The notes under the pieces: model-generated
Told to the model about the DNA's origin: nothing
Seen by the model: only the letters and a program-made list of their open reading frames with translations
The model's database searches: none
Source of the DNA: Naegleria gruberi
Taxonomy: Eukaryota
Reading direction: 5' to 3' (one strand)
Assembly (NCBI GenBank): GCA_000004985.1
Contig: GG738887.1
Length of the DNA: 64,000 bases
Program-made: the position numbers and the translations under genes
In this document: positions 1-11,682 of the stretch, piece after piece
Layout of the letters: every line of letters starts with the position of its first letter
How positions within the stretch are numbered: position 1 is the first letter of the stretch

Positions 1-429
1 ACATTGTAAAAGTGAGAACTTTCAATTTACCTCAAAATTCTCGAAATCAAACATTGATTTTTAAGGAAGAACATTACGAAGTTGAAATCACCCTGCCAAA
101 TGACAAGATTCATTCAACAAGTTCTTGCATTAATTTGATTAATTGTGGAATTCATTACTGGAATCAATTTATTGATAAGTAACAGTTTTATTCTGTTGTC
201 AAATCATACGACGGTTCTATATTCATAATGTATTGTTTAGATGGGTAATCGTTTCTGAAATCTTGATGATCTTTTTGATTTTTAGCCAATTGCTTGATTG
301 ACTATGATGAAAGAATACTATTGTTAAGTATCAAGAATAATGTTCTCTTTAAAATCTAATGTGCTACAAGGTAAAAGTAAATAACCATTAGCAGATATCT
401 TTCATTCTGATGATGTTTGGAATTGAATC

Positions 430-951
430 TTAATTTTGTAAAAATATTGTAGGATTTGTTATTTGGTCTAAAAGTTTGATTTTGATATCTGATAATGGAA
501 ATAAAGATAAAAAGATATCCTTATTTTCTACAATAAATGTATAATGATCGAATTTTTCTCCATCTGGTAGCACCTCAATAACAATCACTGACTTGGTTGA
601 TCTATCGACATTCTTTAGAGCTCTTGAAATTCCAGAACAAATTCTTGTAAAGTACACGTACTTTTGTGGAGTATAATCTTCGCCATTGCAAGTGTCTTTC
701 TCATCTGGCCATCGAATATTATCCACAGTTCTGTTGAAGAAAGTTTTTTGAATGTATGAGGATAATATTGGAATAATAGGAAACATTGAAATACTAATCA
801 ATTCCAAGACTTGGAAGAAATTAGATGAATAATCTTGCTTGAGTCTTCTCTTGAGTTTGGTTATCCTCTTCAGAGTAAGGAGAATATTACGAAAATCTTT
901 CAGTATTTGATGGTAACCTTGGTTTTCATAATTTTTCTTAGAGCTTTCCAT
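430..951 (-). CDS. Hypothetical protein (173 aa). It lies in the same reading frame as the upstream 602-aa ORF, separated by one TGA and 13 codons, so it may be the C-terminal part of that gene.
   Basis: The six-frame ORF track gives an uninterrupted 173-codon ORF. I recognise no domain. Frame continuity with 994..2802 was checked by translating the minus strand across 952..993. Confidence 0.3.
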   Translation of the reverse strand: MESSKKNYENQGYHQILKDFRNILLTLKRITKLKRRLKQDYSSNFFQVLELISISMFPIIPILSSYIQKTFFNRTVDNIRWPDEKDTCNGEDYTPQKYVYFTRICSGISRALKNVDRSTKSVIVIEVLPDGEKFDHYTFIVENKDIFLSLFPLSDIKIKLLDQITNPTIFLQN

Positions 952-993
952 AAATTGATAGATTTGAATCTCAAATATTGATCCAATATATTT

Positions 994-2802
994 TCATGAA
1001 TTGGAAAGTGATCCTATTTTCTTACTCTTCCTCAGAATTTCTCCTAAAAGTGAATTAAGCATCATTCTATCATATTCCTTATCGTAGTTACGAATATTGG
1101 AAAAATTAAACATGTTGATAAAGTCTGGAAAACCAATATCATAATGAATCATTGATTTTGGAAATGACATAGACCTTCTTCTTGGATTATCTAAAGAAGG
1201 GAAATTATAATAAAGGAATCTATATGGTTGCTTTCTAAAATATGAAGAAAAACTTGCTAAAAAAAGGCCCTCTTTTTGATAGTTTAGGATGTGAATATTA
1301 GTGTGATGTAAAACTCTCTGTTGCAGAGTGTGGAAAATTGTTCCATTATGTGATTGACAGACAGGGTTTAGAATATACTCCCATATCTCATCAGTCAATT
1401 CGTCCAATCCAATGTGATTCTCCTTAAAGAAAATGAAACACAATATAAATGCGCTTGATATCAAATAATTGTACAAACGTTCTTTTGGTGTAAACTCTGC
1501 ATTTCTGGAAATAATAATCTTTTTCTTTCTTCTTATCAAGTTCTTAATTTTCATATCAGTGATTTGGTTATCAGGTAACCATTCTCTAATGCCATCGAGC
1601 ATTAAACACCACCTATTTTCTAATGATACTGTATTTTTTGTTGAATACGTTTCTCCAACAAATCCATAATCAAAGCCCAAATCTCTTTCAATTAGTATTG
1701 ATCTTACTCTTTCTGCAATTTCAAATTCATTACCTGGTTTCTTTTCTACTATTTTGGATCTCAACATCTTGCTGGAAATGTTTACATCAAGGTGAATTGT
1801 CACTGGTAAATCCAAGTTATGAATATTGAACACTTCTCTCTCATATTGTTTGCCAGCAAATGTTGTTTCAATATAATAATTAACTTCATCCATGGATTCG
1901 AACTTTCTAGAGTTGAACTGTAAGATTTCACGTTCTGATTGGTTTGGACAATACTTATCCAAGAGAGAATACCAGTAATTCGAATAGCAAGTGTTTAGCT
2001 TGTGAGTATAGTAGTTATTCAGAACAATGAAAAGATCATGTGGAATAATACTACAATTAACTCTAGCTTCACTAAAACAAATTGGACTCAATATCATAAG
2101 ACAACTTCCTATCCTTTGATTTTGAAGTGCTAAATTATCTGCAAAGTTTCTATTACACAATATTAATTCATTTCCATTTGTTTCGTACAGTCTCAACTCA
2201 TTGTACACTATTTCACAAACAACACAAGAAAACAAGTTTTGCAATCCACCATTACACACCACAGGAATATAAATAGGATAATCATTATATGATTCCAATT
2301 CCATTGGGTATGGCTTTTGTAAATACATTTTAACTATTGTTTTCTGTAAAACTTGCATTTGATAATTAGAATCAAATGTTGGTACTTTTTGAATTAATTT
2401 CCTCTTCCTCATTGCTCTGTGAACAAAATCTCCAAAACTCTGTAAGTAAGATTCAATTTCATCAAAGTAAATTCTAATATTCCTAGAAAAGTGTTGAAAA
2501 CAATGCAAAACAGATTGCTTGTACGAATCTGGGAGTTCCTCTCCATTACAACGTCTAATAATGATGATCGGAGTGCAACTTTCACCCTTCAATTTCTTTA
2601 ATTTATATTGAATATCGACTAATTGTGCCTGTCTATATTGATGAATAGTAAGATTGTGAACATCTTTATCCTCCACAATAATTGTGGTCGAGATGATCAT
2701 CATTGATTGAAGTGTATTATTATTGGGTATTAATTCTTCCTGTTCTTCTTCGTGATGACAATATTCTTTACCCTGCAAAATGTGTTCCATTTGTGATGAC
2801 AT
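994..2802 (-). CDS. Hypothetical 602-aa protein with no recognisable domain.
   Basis: A long uninterrupted ORF in AT-rich DNA, which is unlikely by chance. Its codon usage matches neighbouring confident genes. Confidence 0.45.
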   Translation of the reverse strand: MSSQMEHILQGKEYCHHEEEQEELIPNNNTLQSMMIISTTIIVEDKDVHNLTIHQYRQAQLVDIQYKLKKLKGESCTPIIIIRRCNGEELPDSYKQSVLHCFQHFSRNIRIYFDEIESYLQSFGDFVHRAMRKRKLIQKVPTFDSNYQMQVLQKTIVKMYLQKPYPMELESYNDYPIYIPVVCNGGLQNLFSCVVCEIVYNELRLYETNGNELILCNRNFADNLALQNQRIGSCLMILSPICFSEARVNCSIIPHDLFIVLNNYYTHKLNTCYSNYWYSLLDKYCPNQSEREILQFNSRKFESMDEVNYYIETTFAGKQYEREVFNIHNLDLPVTIHLDVNISSKMLRSKIVEKKPGNEFEIAERVRSILIERDLGFDYGFVGETYSTKNTVSLENRWCLMLDGIREWLPDNQITDMKIKNLIRRKKKIIISRNAEFTPKERLYNYLISSAFILCFIFFKENHIGLDELTDEIWEYILNPVCQSHNGTIFHTLQQRVLHHTNIHILNYQKEGLFLASFSSYFRKQPYRFLYYNFPSLDNPRRRSMSFPKSMIHYDIGFPDFINMFNFSNIRNYDKEYDRMMLNSLLGEILRKSKKIGSLSNS

Positions 2803-2839
2803 TTTTTTTCTGATTGAGATGGTTGGAGGGAAATTGGTT

Positions 2840-2924
2840 NNNNNNNNNNNNNNNNNNNNNNNNNNNNNNNNNNNNNNNNNNNNNNNNNNNNNNNNNNNNN
2901 NNNNNNNNNNNNNNNNNNNNNNNN
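2840..2924. other. Assembly gap (85 N).
   Basis: An N-run is present in the sequence. Confidence 0.95.
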
Positions 2925-3317
2925 TGCCAGATTGTTTAATCGTTTTTTGAAATTGCCAACAATTACAAGATCAGTTATTTAGCAGATGCAAATATTAAAT
3001 CCAACAACACAGAAAGTACTGATTCTGTGTGTATCTATAATGCTGAGATAGAGATTGGGATGTTACTTTCAAGACATTCCTCCAATAATTTGTGTTGAAT
3101 AGTCAAGGACTAATTTTTGATCTCCATTTACTCTAGTGTAGTGTTGCTAAACAATTCCAATTCCAATATCCGAGTGTATCCGATTTAATAATCCTCTGAA
3201 ATGAATAAAAATTACCAAAATGACGAGAAATTCATATTCTTGTTGGTATTTTTTTTTATTTTGAAAATAAAAATTACAAAAAAATGGATTTAACGGAAGA
3301 GGAACATTTTTCTACCT

Positions 3318-4802
3318 TTGCCAAACTTTCCCACTTTCTCATCACCTATGAAACATGTTTTAATATTCGGAGGAGGCAACAAGTCAAATTTTGAGGAAAA
3401 ACTTGTTGATTTCTTCATATTCAATCATTTTGAAACAACCATTCCGGAGGAGTGGAGAAGTGATTTGATGAATATGAGTACGAGAGAATTAATGGACATG
3501 TCTCAATTCTCCAATATTGAAAATATTAAAAATCAAAAATTGAAGGAATTTGTGGAGGCTTGTAGAGATTTGTTTGTTTCGGAAAAGATTACTTCTCCAA
3601 CGGGTCAACAAGATAATAAAAAGAAGAAGAAATTAAAGAGTTTGGAAAAGGGATTAAATCCTAAAAAGAAATATGAAATTGAAAGGCTGAGTAAATGTAT
3701 TAGAGATTTGTCCAAGACAAGTAATTGTAATAGTATTTGTGATATTGGAGGAGGACAAGGTTATTTGAGTCAGAAAATATTGATTGACCAATCAGTGGAA
3801 AATGATTCTAATATTTCTTATATTTATAATATTGATTGTAATGGTTATTTGACAGAGAATGCAATGAATAGAATTAAGATGGTTAATTCTGTATTGGATA
3901 AATATCATCAGGATGAAAAGATGCATCAATGTTCATATAATGCCATTACCTCACATTTATCCTTCTCATTGAATGATGAGGAATTTTCACAGATTGTAAA
4001 TGAATTGGAAGGACTCGTTGCTACAAATGACGATTTGCGAATGCTCATGATTGGACTTCACACATGTGGACCTTTGGCTAGTTCTATTATCAAGCTCTTC
4101 TTGCAATCGAATATGTGTCATTCATTAGTGAATGTTGGTTGCTGCTATCATAAATTAAAGGAAGGATCAAGCTTTCCACTTTCTTCCCACTACAAGAACA
4201 ATAACAAGATTTACATGTCCAATCTTGGTAAATCTATGGCATGTATTAATCCATTCAATTGGTCTCACTCCAATATGAAGGAGTGTAATGAACAATTCAG
4301 ACTTAAGAGTTACAGATATGCTTTCCAGTACTTGCTCAATTCATTACTTGGGTATGAAAATTCAACGGACCTAATCGTGAGACAAGCATCTAAAACCAAC
4401 AGTACAACATTTGGCACTTTTGCTTATCATACACTCCAGAATTTATTCAAAGATTATCCAACCATTTCTGAAAATCTTCCTTTAGAATTGACTTCAGCAA
4501 GTGTAGATTCATTTACACAAAAGTACAATGAGTATTACCAGTCGGAATTTAATCCTAATGAACATGATGTAGTGAAACAGGTGGAGGCATGTTGGTTTTT
4601 CAGAAGTCTTATTGGACCAGTTATTGAACACTACATTCTTTTGGATCGTTTATTATTCATCCATGAACACAGCAACACTATGATCAAGAAGGTTTATTTA
4701 GAAAGAATTTTCACACCATCAATTTCACCAAGAGGTGTTGTACTAGTTGCCATCAAGAAGGAAATTGATGAAGTTGATGAAATTTCGACTTCTAGCATTT
4801 AA
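3318..4802 (+). CDS. Class I SAM-dependent methyltransferase, METTL25 / Methyltransf_32-like.
   Basis: Motifs CDIGGGQGYLSQ (glycine-rich SAM loop), MIGLHTCGPLAS and NVGCCYHKL. Their spacing matches the METTL25/C12orf26 family fold. The identification rests on motif recall, not on a search. Confidence 0.55.
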   Translation: MPNFPTFSSPMKHVLIFGGGNKSNFEEKLVDFFIFNHFETTIPEEWRSDLMNMSTRELMDMSQFSNIENIKNQKLKEFVEACRDLFVSEKITSPTGQQDNKKKKKLKSLEKGLNPKKKYEIERLSKCIRDLSKTSNCNSICDIGGGQGYLSQKILIDQSVENDSNISYIYNIDCNGYLTENAMNRIKMVNSVLDKYHQDEKMHQCSYNAITSHLSFSLNDEEFSQIVNELEGLVATNDDLRMLMIGLHTCGPLASSIIKLFLQSNMCHSLVNVGCCYHKLKEGSSFPLSSHYKNNNKIYMSNLGKSMACINPFNWSHSNMKECNEQFRLKSYRYAFQYLLNSLLGYENSTDLIVRQASKTNSTTFGTFAYHTLQNLFKDYPTISENLPLELTSASVDSFTQKYNEYYQSEFNPNEHDVVKQVEACWFFRSLIGPVIEHYILLDRLLFIHEHSNTMIKKVYLERIFTPSISPRGVVLVAIKKEIDEVDEISTSSI

Positions 4803-4844
4803 TCGAACTGTCATTGATACTTTTGAATACTATTTAAATTTAAT

Positions 4845-5600
4845 ATGTTGAACTTTTTCACAATCAAAAAAAAAATGAATCAAAAACAACTTGAAGAAAA
4901 GGCCCTCTCACTCATCACTGCACCTGATCACTATGATTTGTTTTTAGAAATTGTCAAGGAAGGACGAATGAAAAGAAAACCAGTTTGGAAGGGATTAAAA
5001 ACTGGCGTTCCACACGATTGTCTCTCTGATAAATGTCTCAGAAAGTGGTCTCCACCACCATATCAGGTTATTGTAAATGATGATTACTATTGTCCATCAT
5101 GTGTATTGCACCATCGGAATAATATGAATAGATTTAAGGAGGGTCATCTGGTATGGTCTTCACATGTACCAAATACTTTTTATTTATTCCAAATTACAGA
5201 TCCACAAACAAATAAGAAACTATTCAAATTTGGAAGAACACAACACCTTGATTCTCTGAAAAGGTATTCTACAGCAGAATTGAAAGGTTATGACATGAAA
5301 TTATTATTGCAATTGAGAGGTAGATTAGAAACCATGACACAAATAGAGAATTGGTGGAAAGAACAAGCAGAGTTAATGGATTTGTTTTCTCGATTTTCTG
5401 ATGAATCTTTTCATGGACTTACTGAATGTTTAGAAATGGATGAAACATCATTGGAGGATTTTATGGCCTATAGTAATGCGATTGAGAAGTCTGATAGGTC
5501 AAAGTTTGAGGAGTGGAATCGTCAATACTGTGAAAGGTTGCAACAATTTATAGATAAAAGAGTTTCGTCAACAATTGGAGAACAATCCAATGTTGAATAA
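4845..5600 (+). CDS. Hypothetical 251-aa protein, possibly a GIY-YIG / T5orf172-like domain protein.
   Basis: Uninterrupted ORF. The segment YLFQITDPQTNKKLFKFGRTQHLDSLKRY resembles the GIY..YIG-like core of T5orf172/MUG113 domains. This is a weak motif-level call. Confidence 0.35.
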   Translation: MLNFFTIKKKMNQKQLEEKALSLITAPDHYDLFLEIVKEGRMKRKPVWKGLKTGVPHDCLSDKCLRKWSPPPYQVIVNDDYYCPSCVLHHRNNMNRFKEGHLVWSSHVPNTFYLFQITDPQTNKKLFKFGRTQHLDSLKRYSTAELKGYDMKLLLQLRGRLETMTQIENWWKEQAELMDLFSRFSDESFHGLTECLEMDETSLEDFMAYSNAIEKSDRSKFEEWNRQYCERLQQFIDKRVSSTIGEQSNVE

Positions 5601-5727
5601 ATGGAATTGATCAATACACTGAATGTTGACGAAACTCTTTCGTACGAATATTAGCATAATCACAGCTGAGAATAAATGTTAATAGTTTCATTAATCCACC
5701 AAAAAGAAGAAAATTCGGTTCTAATTT

Positions 5728-6471
5728 GTGATAGATATAGAAGGTGGTCTCACAGATGGTTACAAAAACGACAAAAAAAACAAATCAACAATGAATTTTC
5801 TCTTTGGAATAGGTTCTGATAACCCAAACTCTTTCAGCTTGTCAAATTTTGGGGCTTCTTTAGGATTAAATGTAAATGATCATCACTCAAGTGCCAGTGT
5901 TAACATGAATCTGCCTAATCTACCTCCTACTCCTTATCATCATCCTCCTAATATGATCATACCAAGTCAACCACAATATTACCATCACCATTATTATCAT
6001 GAAATGCCACCAATGGGTATGAACATGAGTATGCCAGGTTTTGGAATTTCACTTCAAACCAACATGTGTCAAGTGCCACCACCAATGGGAAATGCTCTCG
6101 CTCAACAAATTATTGCAGCTCTTAGAAATTCCTCATTCAAAGGAGAAATGTACAATGCTGTACAAACCTATTCTTCATCTCTTCATTGTCCAGTGAGTGG
6201 ATCAGATTTGTGTACAATTTTGGGTTTCTTTGATTTTGACAATGACAAGTTCAATACTATTATTCAATTGAAACAAACAAATAATATTGCACAAATGAGC
6301 GCCTATGAAGCAAGCAATATTATGAGATTGTTTGATTTTGATAATTCTAGATTGAATGCTTTGCAATTGCTCGTCACTTTTATTTATGACAGAAGAGTGG
6401 CAGCTGAGACAGTTGCTGGTACATTTGATTTTGATCCAACAAGAGCCAGAAACATTCTCCTGACTCAATAA
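5728..6471 (+). CDS. Pro/His/Tyr-rich protein with a C-terminal triple FDFD(N/P)-x5-(A/I)LQL repeat (DUF4476-like?).
   Basis: Three copies of the F-D-F-D-N/P ... L motif at the C-terminus (FFDFDNDKFNTIIQL, LFDFDNSRLNALQLL, TFDFDPTRARNIL). The N-terminal half is low-complexity (PPTPYHHPP, HHHYYH). The likely true start is the internal Met at about nt 5791. Confidence 0.45.
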   Translation: MIDIEGGLTDGYKNDKKNKSTMNFLFGIGSDNPNSFSLSNFGASLGLNVNDHHSSASVNMNLPNLPPTPYHHPPNMIIPSQPQYYHHHYYHEMPPMGMNMSMPGFGISLQTNMCQVPPPMGNALAQQIIAALRNSSFKGEMYNAVQTYSSSLHCPVSGSDLCTILGFFDFDNDKFNTIIQLKQTNNIAQMSAYEASNIMRLFDFDNSRLNALQLLVTFIYDRRVAAETVAGTFDFDPTRARNILLTQ

Positions 6472-6526
6472 GGCCATATTTTTAGTAGTTGGTACATCAA
6501 ATAGATATGAAATAAATTCATCAAAA

Positions 6527-7309
6527 CTATATTTGCAGGAAATCATTTAAAATTTCCAAACAATGCTTTTTGTCTAGGTTGTAAATTTTGTTGATAATTG
6601 TTTCTTGATTCTCTTGTCGTGCCTTTTCATTTGAAGTGAATGTAAAGGCATTATTCAACTCTAGACTCAAATAATCATAGACGCGAATAACATCCATACT
6701 ACTTTCAAACCACAATCTACACTTGTAGATTATATTAAGCAACAGTAATGGTCTGGATGGATGAGATAATGAGTTTTTTGACACTTTTCTCGCTGCATAT
6801 ATTCTCATATAAAGGCATTCATCAAATAATAGATGTGGTAGTGATTTTTCAGGACAACCAATACCAAATGCAAATGTTGAATGACATCTTGAGCTCTTTG
6901 GTGGATTTTTAATAGTAAAAGAGTATACAAGAAAGTTGTCTGTGTTGTAATTTCTAATGTCCAACAAGTGATGTTTCACTGGGTCAGATATATTAAGGGA
7001 AATGTCTTTGGAAACTTCCTTACACCATGGCTTTAAAGGTGGTTGTTCTTCTTTTATGGGAGTTTTAAAGAGCTGCATAATGGACTCCTTAAAACCTTTT
7101 GATGTTTCCGATAGTTGGCTTCTCTCACCCGAAAGTAATTGATTTGGCTCAACAGTGGAACATAAAATTTCCCATGTATCAGAATTTCCGTAATTGTTTG
7201 CTATTGATATAAGGACTGAGTCGCTCTGGTATAAAATGTCGAGCCCTTTGTTGTGGCCTGCAATTATCGACAAAAAGGAAAAATCAAAGAATGCCATTTT
7301 TTTAAGCAA
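6527..7309 (-). CDS. Hypothetical 260-aa protein.
   Basis: Uninterrupted ORF with no confident domain. AGHNKG is weakly reminiscent of a metallophosphoesterase GNH motif, but the other motifs are absent. Confidence 0.4.
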   Translation of the reverse strand: MLKKMAFFDFSFLSIIAGHNKGLDILYQSDSVLISIANNYGNSDTWEILCSTVEPNQLLSGERSQLSETSKGFKESIMQLFKTPIKEEQPPLKPWCKEVSKDISLNISDPVKHHLLDIRNYNTDNFLVYSFTIKNPPKSSRCHSTFAFGIGCPEKSLPHLLFDECLYMRIYAARKVSKNSLSHPSRPLLLLNIIYKCRLWFESSMDVIRVYDYLSLELNNAFTFTSNEKARQENQETIINKIYNLDKKHCLEILNDFLQI

Positions 7310-8166
7310 TTCTTAATTCATTCATATTGGAAAATTCACCATTAGTGAATTTTATTGATGATCACTAAGATTTTTTTCCTTAATGATCGGAATGACGATA
7401 TTGCTGATAAAATAAATGATAAAGTGAAAGTTCCAGAACTCAAATTAAGTGGAAAATTTCCAATCACCATTACACAAGATGAGAACTTGAAGATTATGAT
7501 GAAGACAACAACAACTAGTGGTGAATGTTTCAACAATACACCTTACTGATAAGGAACCAACAACAATGGAAAAACAATTAGACACAACAATTAACAATTG
7601 AAGTAATTAGAGGCTTAACATTCTCATCCACTGAAAAATCAAATGAAACAATATCCAGTGCCACCAATTCACTTTGGAAAGGAAAAATCCAGGACAACAT
7701 TTGCACGATAAGAATGAGATAGCTCAATTTTTATTGATCTACTTGTTCAGTTAGCAAATCTGATAAAACTGCAACCTTATTCACAACGATATCAACCCCA
7801 AAATATGATAGATACTACTTGTTTATCGATTATGATTCTAATAAATTCTAGGACTGTAGATTGATACAACAACAGAAGAAACAAACAAATTAATCAACAA
7901 ATTAGGAAGATATTTGTAAAGTTTGGAAATCTAATTGGTTACTCCCTCCCACAATTTATCCGAAATGGTTAACTATCATAACCATCACTTAGCGTGATAA
8001 GGAAACAAAAGAAAATGTTCGACAATCATCGAGTCTTTTACCCACTCCAGAGCAGGCTCTTTCGAATCCTCTTCCTTCTCCTTCCACTTTTATTTTACTG
8101 TTCATGTGAAATTATGAAAATCACAAGTGAATTGACTAGATCAAATACTCAACAAATGATGAATAG

Positions 8167-8391
8167 NNNNNNNNNNNNNNNNNNNNNNNNNNNNNNNNNN
8201 NNNNNNNNNNNNNNNNNNNNNNNNNNNNNNNNNNNNNNNNNNNNNNNNNNNNNNNNNNNNNNNNNNNNNNNNNNNNNNNNNNNNNNNNNNNNNNNNNNNN
8301 NNNNNNNNNNNNNNNNNNNNNNNNNNNNNNNNNNNNNNNNNNNNNNNNNNNNNNNNNNNNNNNNNNNNNNNNNNNNNNNNNNNNNNNNNNN
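8167..8391. other. Assembly gap (225 N).
   Basis: N-run in the sequence. Confidence 0.95.
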
Positions 8392-8879
8392 TTTATATCA
8401 TCTCTCAATAATGGTACTGTTAAAACAATTGGAATAACTTTTGTAATAATGGCATCTGACAATAATTTTTGTGATTTCCACATGACAACACTGTATGATT
8501 CATTGATTAATTATGAATTATTCTTTGTAAAACATCAGGCTGTGGCAAATGTGGTTTTGTCCTGTCAAAAGACAAATGGAACTAATTTATTTGAGGAGAG
8601 AGCTGACATTTCACATTTATACTTTCAAAAGTTGGTATTCTATATGATTGTAATGAAGAGTTGCTCACCCATGTCCTTATCATTGATTCAAAGTCAATGG
8701 TCATCTGTAGGATTTTTTATTCAGTCATTTACAGAAAAGTCCAGTTGTTTAAACGAAACTCAACCTTCTATATTTGGAAATGTACTAATTGACAGCTCCC
8801 ACATTTCAAATTCTGTAATATTTTTCAAATACTCTAATCTGATTAGGTTGAATTATGTTTCCATCATGGAGATTGTGCA

Positions 8880-11682
8880 TTGTCTTTTAGTTTCTCTGAA
8901 AAATTACTCGCCACAAATATCCTATTCGATTCCACAGGAATGTTCTTCACTGAGAGAGTGAAACAACTACATTTCTCCAATTACCAAAGTATTGGTAGGA
9001 CCTCAAGAACATACTTGACAGCATTTGGTAGAATTGTGATGAAAAACTCCATTTTCAGAGATTATGTCTATAACTTTCCATCACTCATTATTGAGAATGG
9101 AAATGTTGCTCAATTGAGTGAAATAGTTGCTTTATCCAATACTATTTGGGCTTCTTTTAGATATATTGATAATTTTTCTTTAAAGAATGTCAAAGTGACT
9201 GGAAATCAAATTGTGAATGTCAAAATGACATCTGATAGTCCAATAACAATTACTAATTGCAATCAGATTACAATTGCTGACTCTTTCTTCAACAAGAACG
9301 TTGGATACATTGGAGGGAGTATCCTAATTAATGAATATATCAATATTGACCTGTTTAACAACACCTTTACAAATTGTAAATCTTTTAAAAAAGGAGGAGC
9401 CCTCAATATTGAAAACTATCAACAATCATCACTCATTACTCAAAGTACTATCAATATCATGAGCAATACCTTTGAAAATAATTGGAGCTCAACTGTTGGA
9501 GGTGCCATTTCAATTTTAACAGCCAATCAACTCTATGTGAAAAATAACATTTTCAAAAGAAATGCTGCAAACTCTGCAGGTGGAGCATTTGCCATCACGA
9601 CACATGTCATTAAAGGAGAGTTGGAATCGTACTTTGAAGATAACAGTGTCACTGGCTCATTTCATTCCTTGAATAATTCACAATACTCCTCTGATTCGAA
9701 TCTTTATTTGATGGGAGCTGGTGGAGCTTGTTTGATTCTAAATATGCCGCAGTTTAGTTTTGTCATATCTAGATCTGTATTTGTGGGAAATGAGGCTGAG
9801 AAAGGAGGAGCTGTTGCATGTGGAGCTGACTCGTTGAAAACATCTAAACAGTTAGTTCAAGAATGCAAATTTAGTGAAAATAGAGCTTCCAAAATAGGAA
9901 ATGCTATTTATTTTATTAGACCACAAAGTGTAAACGTAATTGATCAGGAAGTGAGTGGAGATCAAGAGTTATTCTCCTCAACTCCTACAGTTTTTGAAAT
10001 TTTAGAAATGCAACCAAATATAGTATTCCCTGGACAATCAATTTCCTTAACAGTATATTTGGAGAATGTTTTTGGAAATGTTGTGAATGTCACTACTCAA
10101 AATATAATGTTCAGTGCTCAGGATGTTTTTGAAACTTTCCTTAGATATTCACCAAACAGTAATTCCTCATTATTATTTACTCCCTATGCCAAAACAAGTA
10201 ATGTCAAAGATTCTGTTCAGAATTTAACACTTTACTCTGAAGATGGTCGATTGAGTAGAGTTTTATCCTTCACACTAACTGATTGTCCTTCGGGGTTTAT
10301 CATGGAAAAGACAGTTTTCAACTCATTGTTGGTATACGAATGTAAAATTGACACTCGACTGAATGTCAAGTTACTAATTGGTCTCATTGTTCCTCTTGGA
10401 CTCATTGTCTTGGTGATTGGTATCATAATCGGCTTGCTGACCTTCTTAATTATCAGATTTGTCTTTGCACAATTGAAAATGTTAAGAGAAAAACAAAAAG
10501 CAGAAAAAAGTTTGGAAATGCGAATAATTGACAAGAAGGTCATTTTCAATTCTTTTGAAAATACATCACATAATGATTTATCAATTCCATTAATTGATGA
10601 TTCAGCTGAAAAGGAAAAGAAACCATCTTTTATTATTCCAATAGAAAGTATTGAAATTATTCGAAAGCTGGCTGAAGGTGGTTTGGGAATTATTTATCTT
10701 GGTAAATTGTGGAAGAAAATTAACATTGCCATCAAATTATTGAAATCAGACGAGCAAGATGATGAATTTGAACAGGAAGTTTCACTTCTGAGCTCTTTAA
10801 GACATGACAATATTGTGACATTTTATGGAATTTGTGTCACTGATCAAGGAAAGTACATGATAACAGAGTTTGTGGAGAAGGGATCGCTCGATAGGACTCT
10901 ATACAAGGCAAGAATAGGTGAAATTGATTTGTCTCTCCATCAAAAGATTTCCATTCTCATAGCTACAGCCAAGGGAATCGAATATCTTCATTCATTAACC
11001 CCAGTAGTTGTGCATCGTGATTTGGTAAGTTTCTTAATTACAGTGGAATAATTAGTAATTGTCAACAGAAACCTGGAAATATCCTACTAGACGATAAGAA
11101 TATTGCCAAGATTTGTGATTTTGGCTTGTCAAGAGTTGTGTCAACCACAACAATGCAAAGTGTCATGACTACCAATTTGGGAACTTTATTCTATTGTCCA
11201 AGGTATGTTGTTTTTTGTTAACATTTGTTGACATTTTTGAAAGTGAGGTGATTGAGGGACCAACTGAAACAAATTTGGCCTCTAAACAAACAGCTACAAA
11301 GATAGATGTCTATAGTTTTGCAATTATCATGTGGGAAGTTTTTTTCGAGCTGGTTCCTTACTCTACAAATGTCGAAAAATTGATTCCACAATTTGAAATT
11401 TCCAAGCAAGAGGAAGAAGCTCTCAAAATTAATGGTTTCAACATTCCATATTATGTAGTGAAGGGTGTGAGACCATTTATTCCTTTCAAAACTGATGAGC
11501 AAATACGAAAGTGGCTGGAACTCTACATGCCAAACGAATTGAAAAATTCAGAAATTATTCTAATTGTTAAGACTTATTTCACAATAATGAAACAAGCATG
11601 GTCTCACAATGCCACAAAAAGACCTACCATCGATTCAGTTCGATCAGAATTGGAACAATTGGAAGAATTGTTAAGAATCTAA
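8880..11682 (+). CDS. Receptor-like Ser/Thr protein kinase. The ectodomain has right-handed beta-helix (PMP/pectin-lyase-like) repeats, followed by a single TM and a cytoplasmic kinase. There are three exons, with introns at 11025..11068 and 11203..11243.
   Basis: The ectodomain carries repeated GGAL/GGAI/GGAF/GGAV/GGAC motifs typical of parallel beta-helix (polymorphic-membrane-protein-like) repeats. The TM is LLIGLIVPLGLIVLVIGIIIGLLTFLII. Kinase motifs are AEGGLGIIYLG, AIKLLK and HRDL|KPGNILLD, where the intron splits HRDL from KPGN (donor gtaagt, acceptor caacag). Then DFGLSR, and a second intron (gtatgt..gaaag) before EVIEGP...DVYSFAIIMWE. The 5' end is uncertain because upstream ORFs and the gap may contribute exons. 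Confidence 0.7.

Noticed and set aside
1469-1829. Plus-strand 66- and 68-aa ORFs inside the 602-aa minus-strand gene. The same pattern appears at 10232..10549, 12146..13228, 20533..21754 and others.
   Set aside because: These are short antisense or alternate-frame ORFs nested in longer, better-supported coding regions.
8040-8070. tRNA-like T-loop motif (TTCGAATCC).
   Set aside because: No acceptor or anticodon stems can be formed with flanking sequence. It lies inside an ORF-like region and is most likely a chance match.
7994-8483. ORFs that contain runs of X across the N-gap (7994..8437 plus, 8136..8483 minus). Similar cases occur at 53037..53555.
   Set aside because: The translation is meaningless across the N-runs. 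Only the flanking real sequence was considered, in the finding about possible 5' exons.
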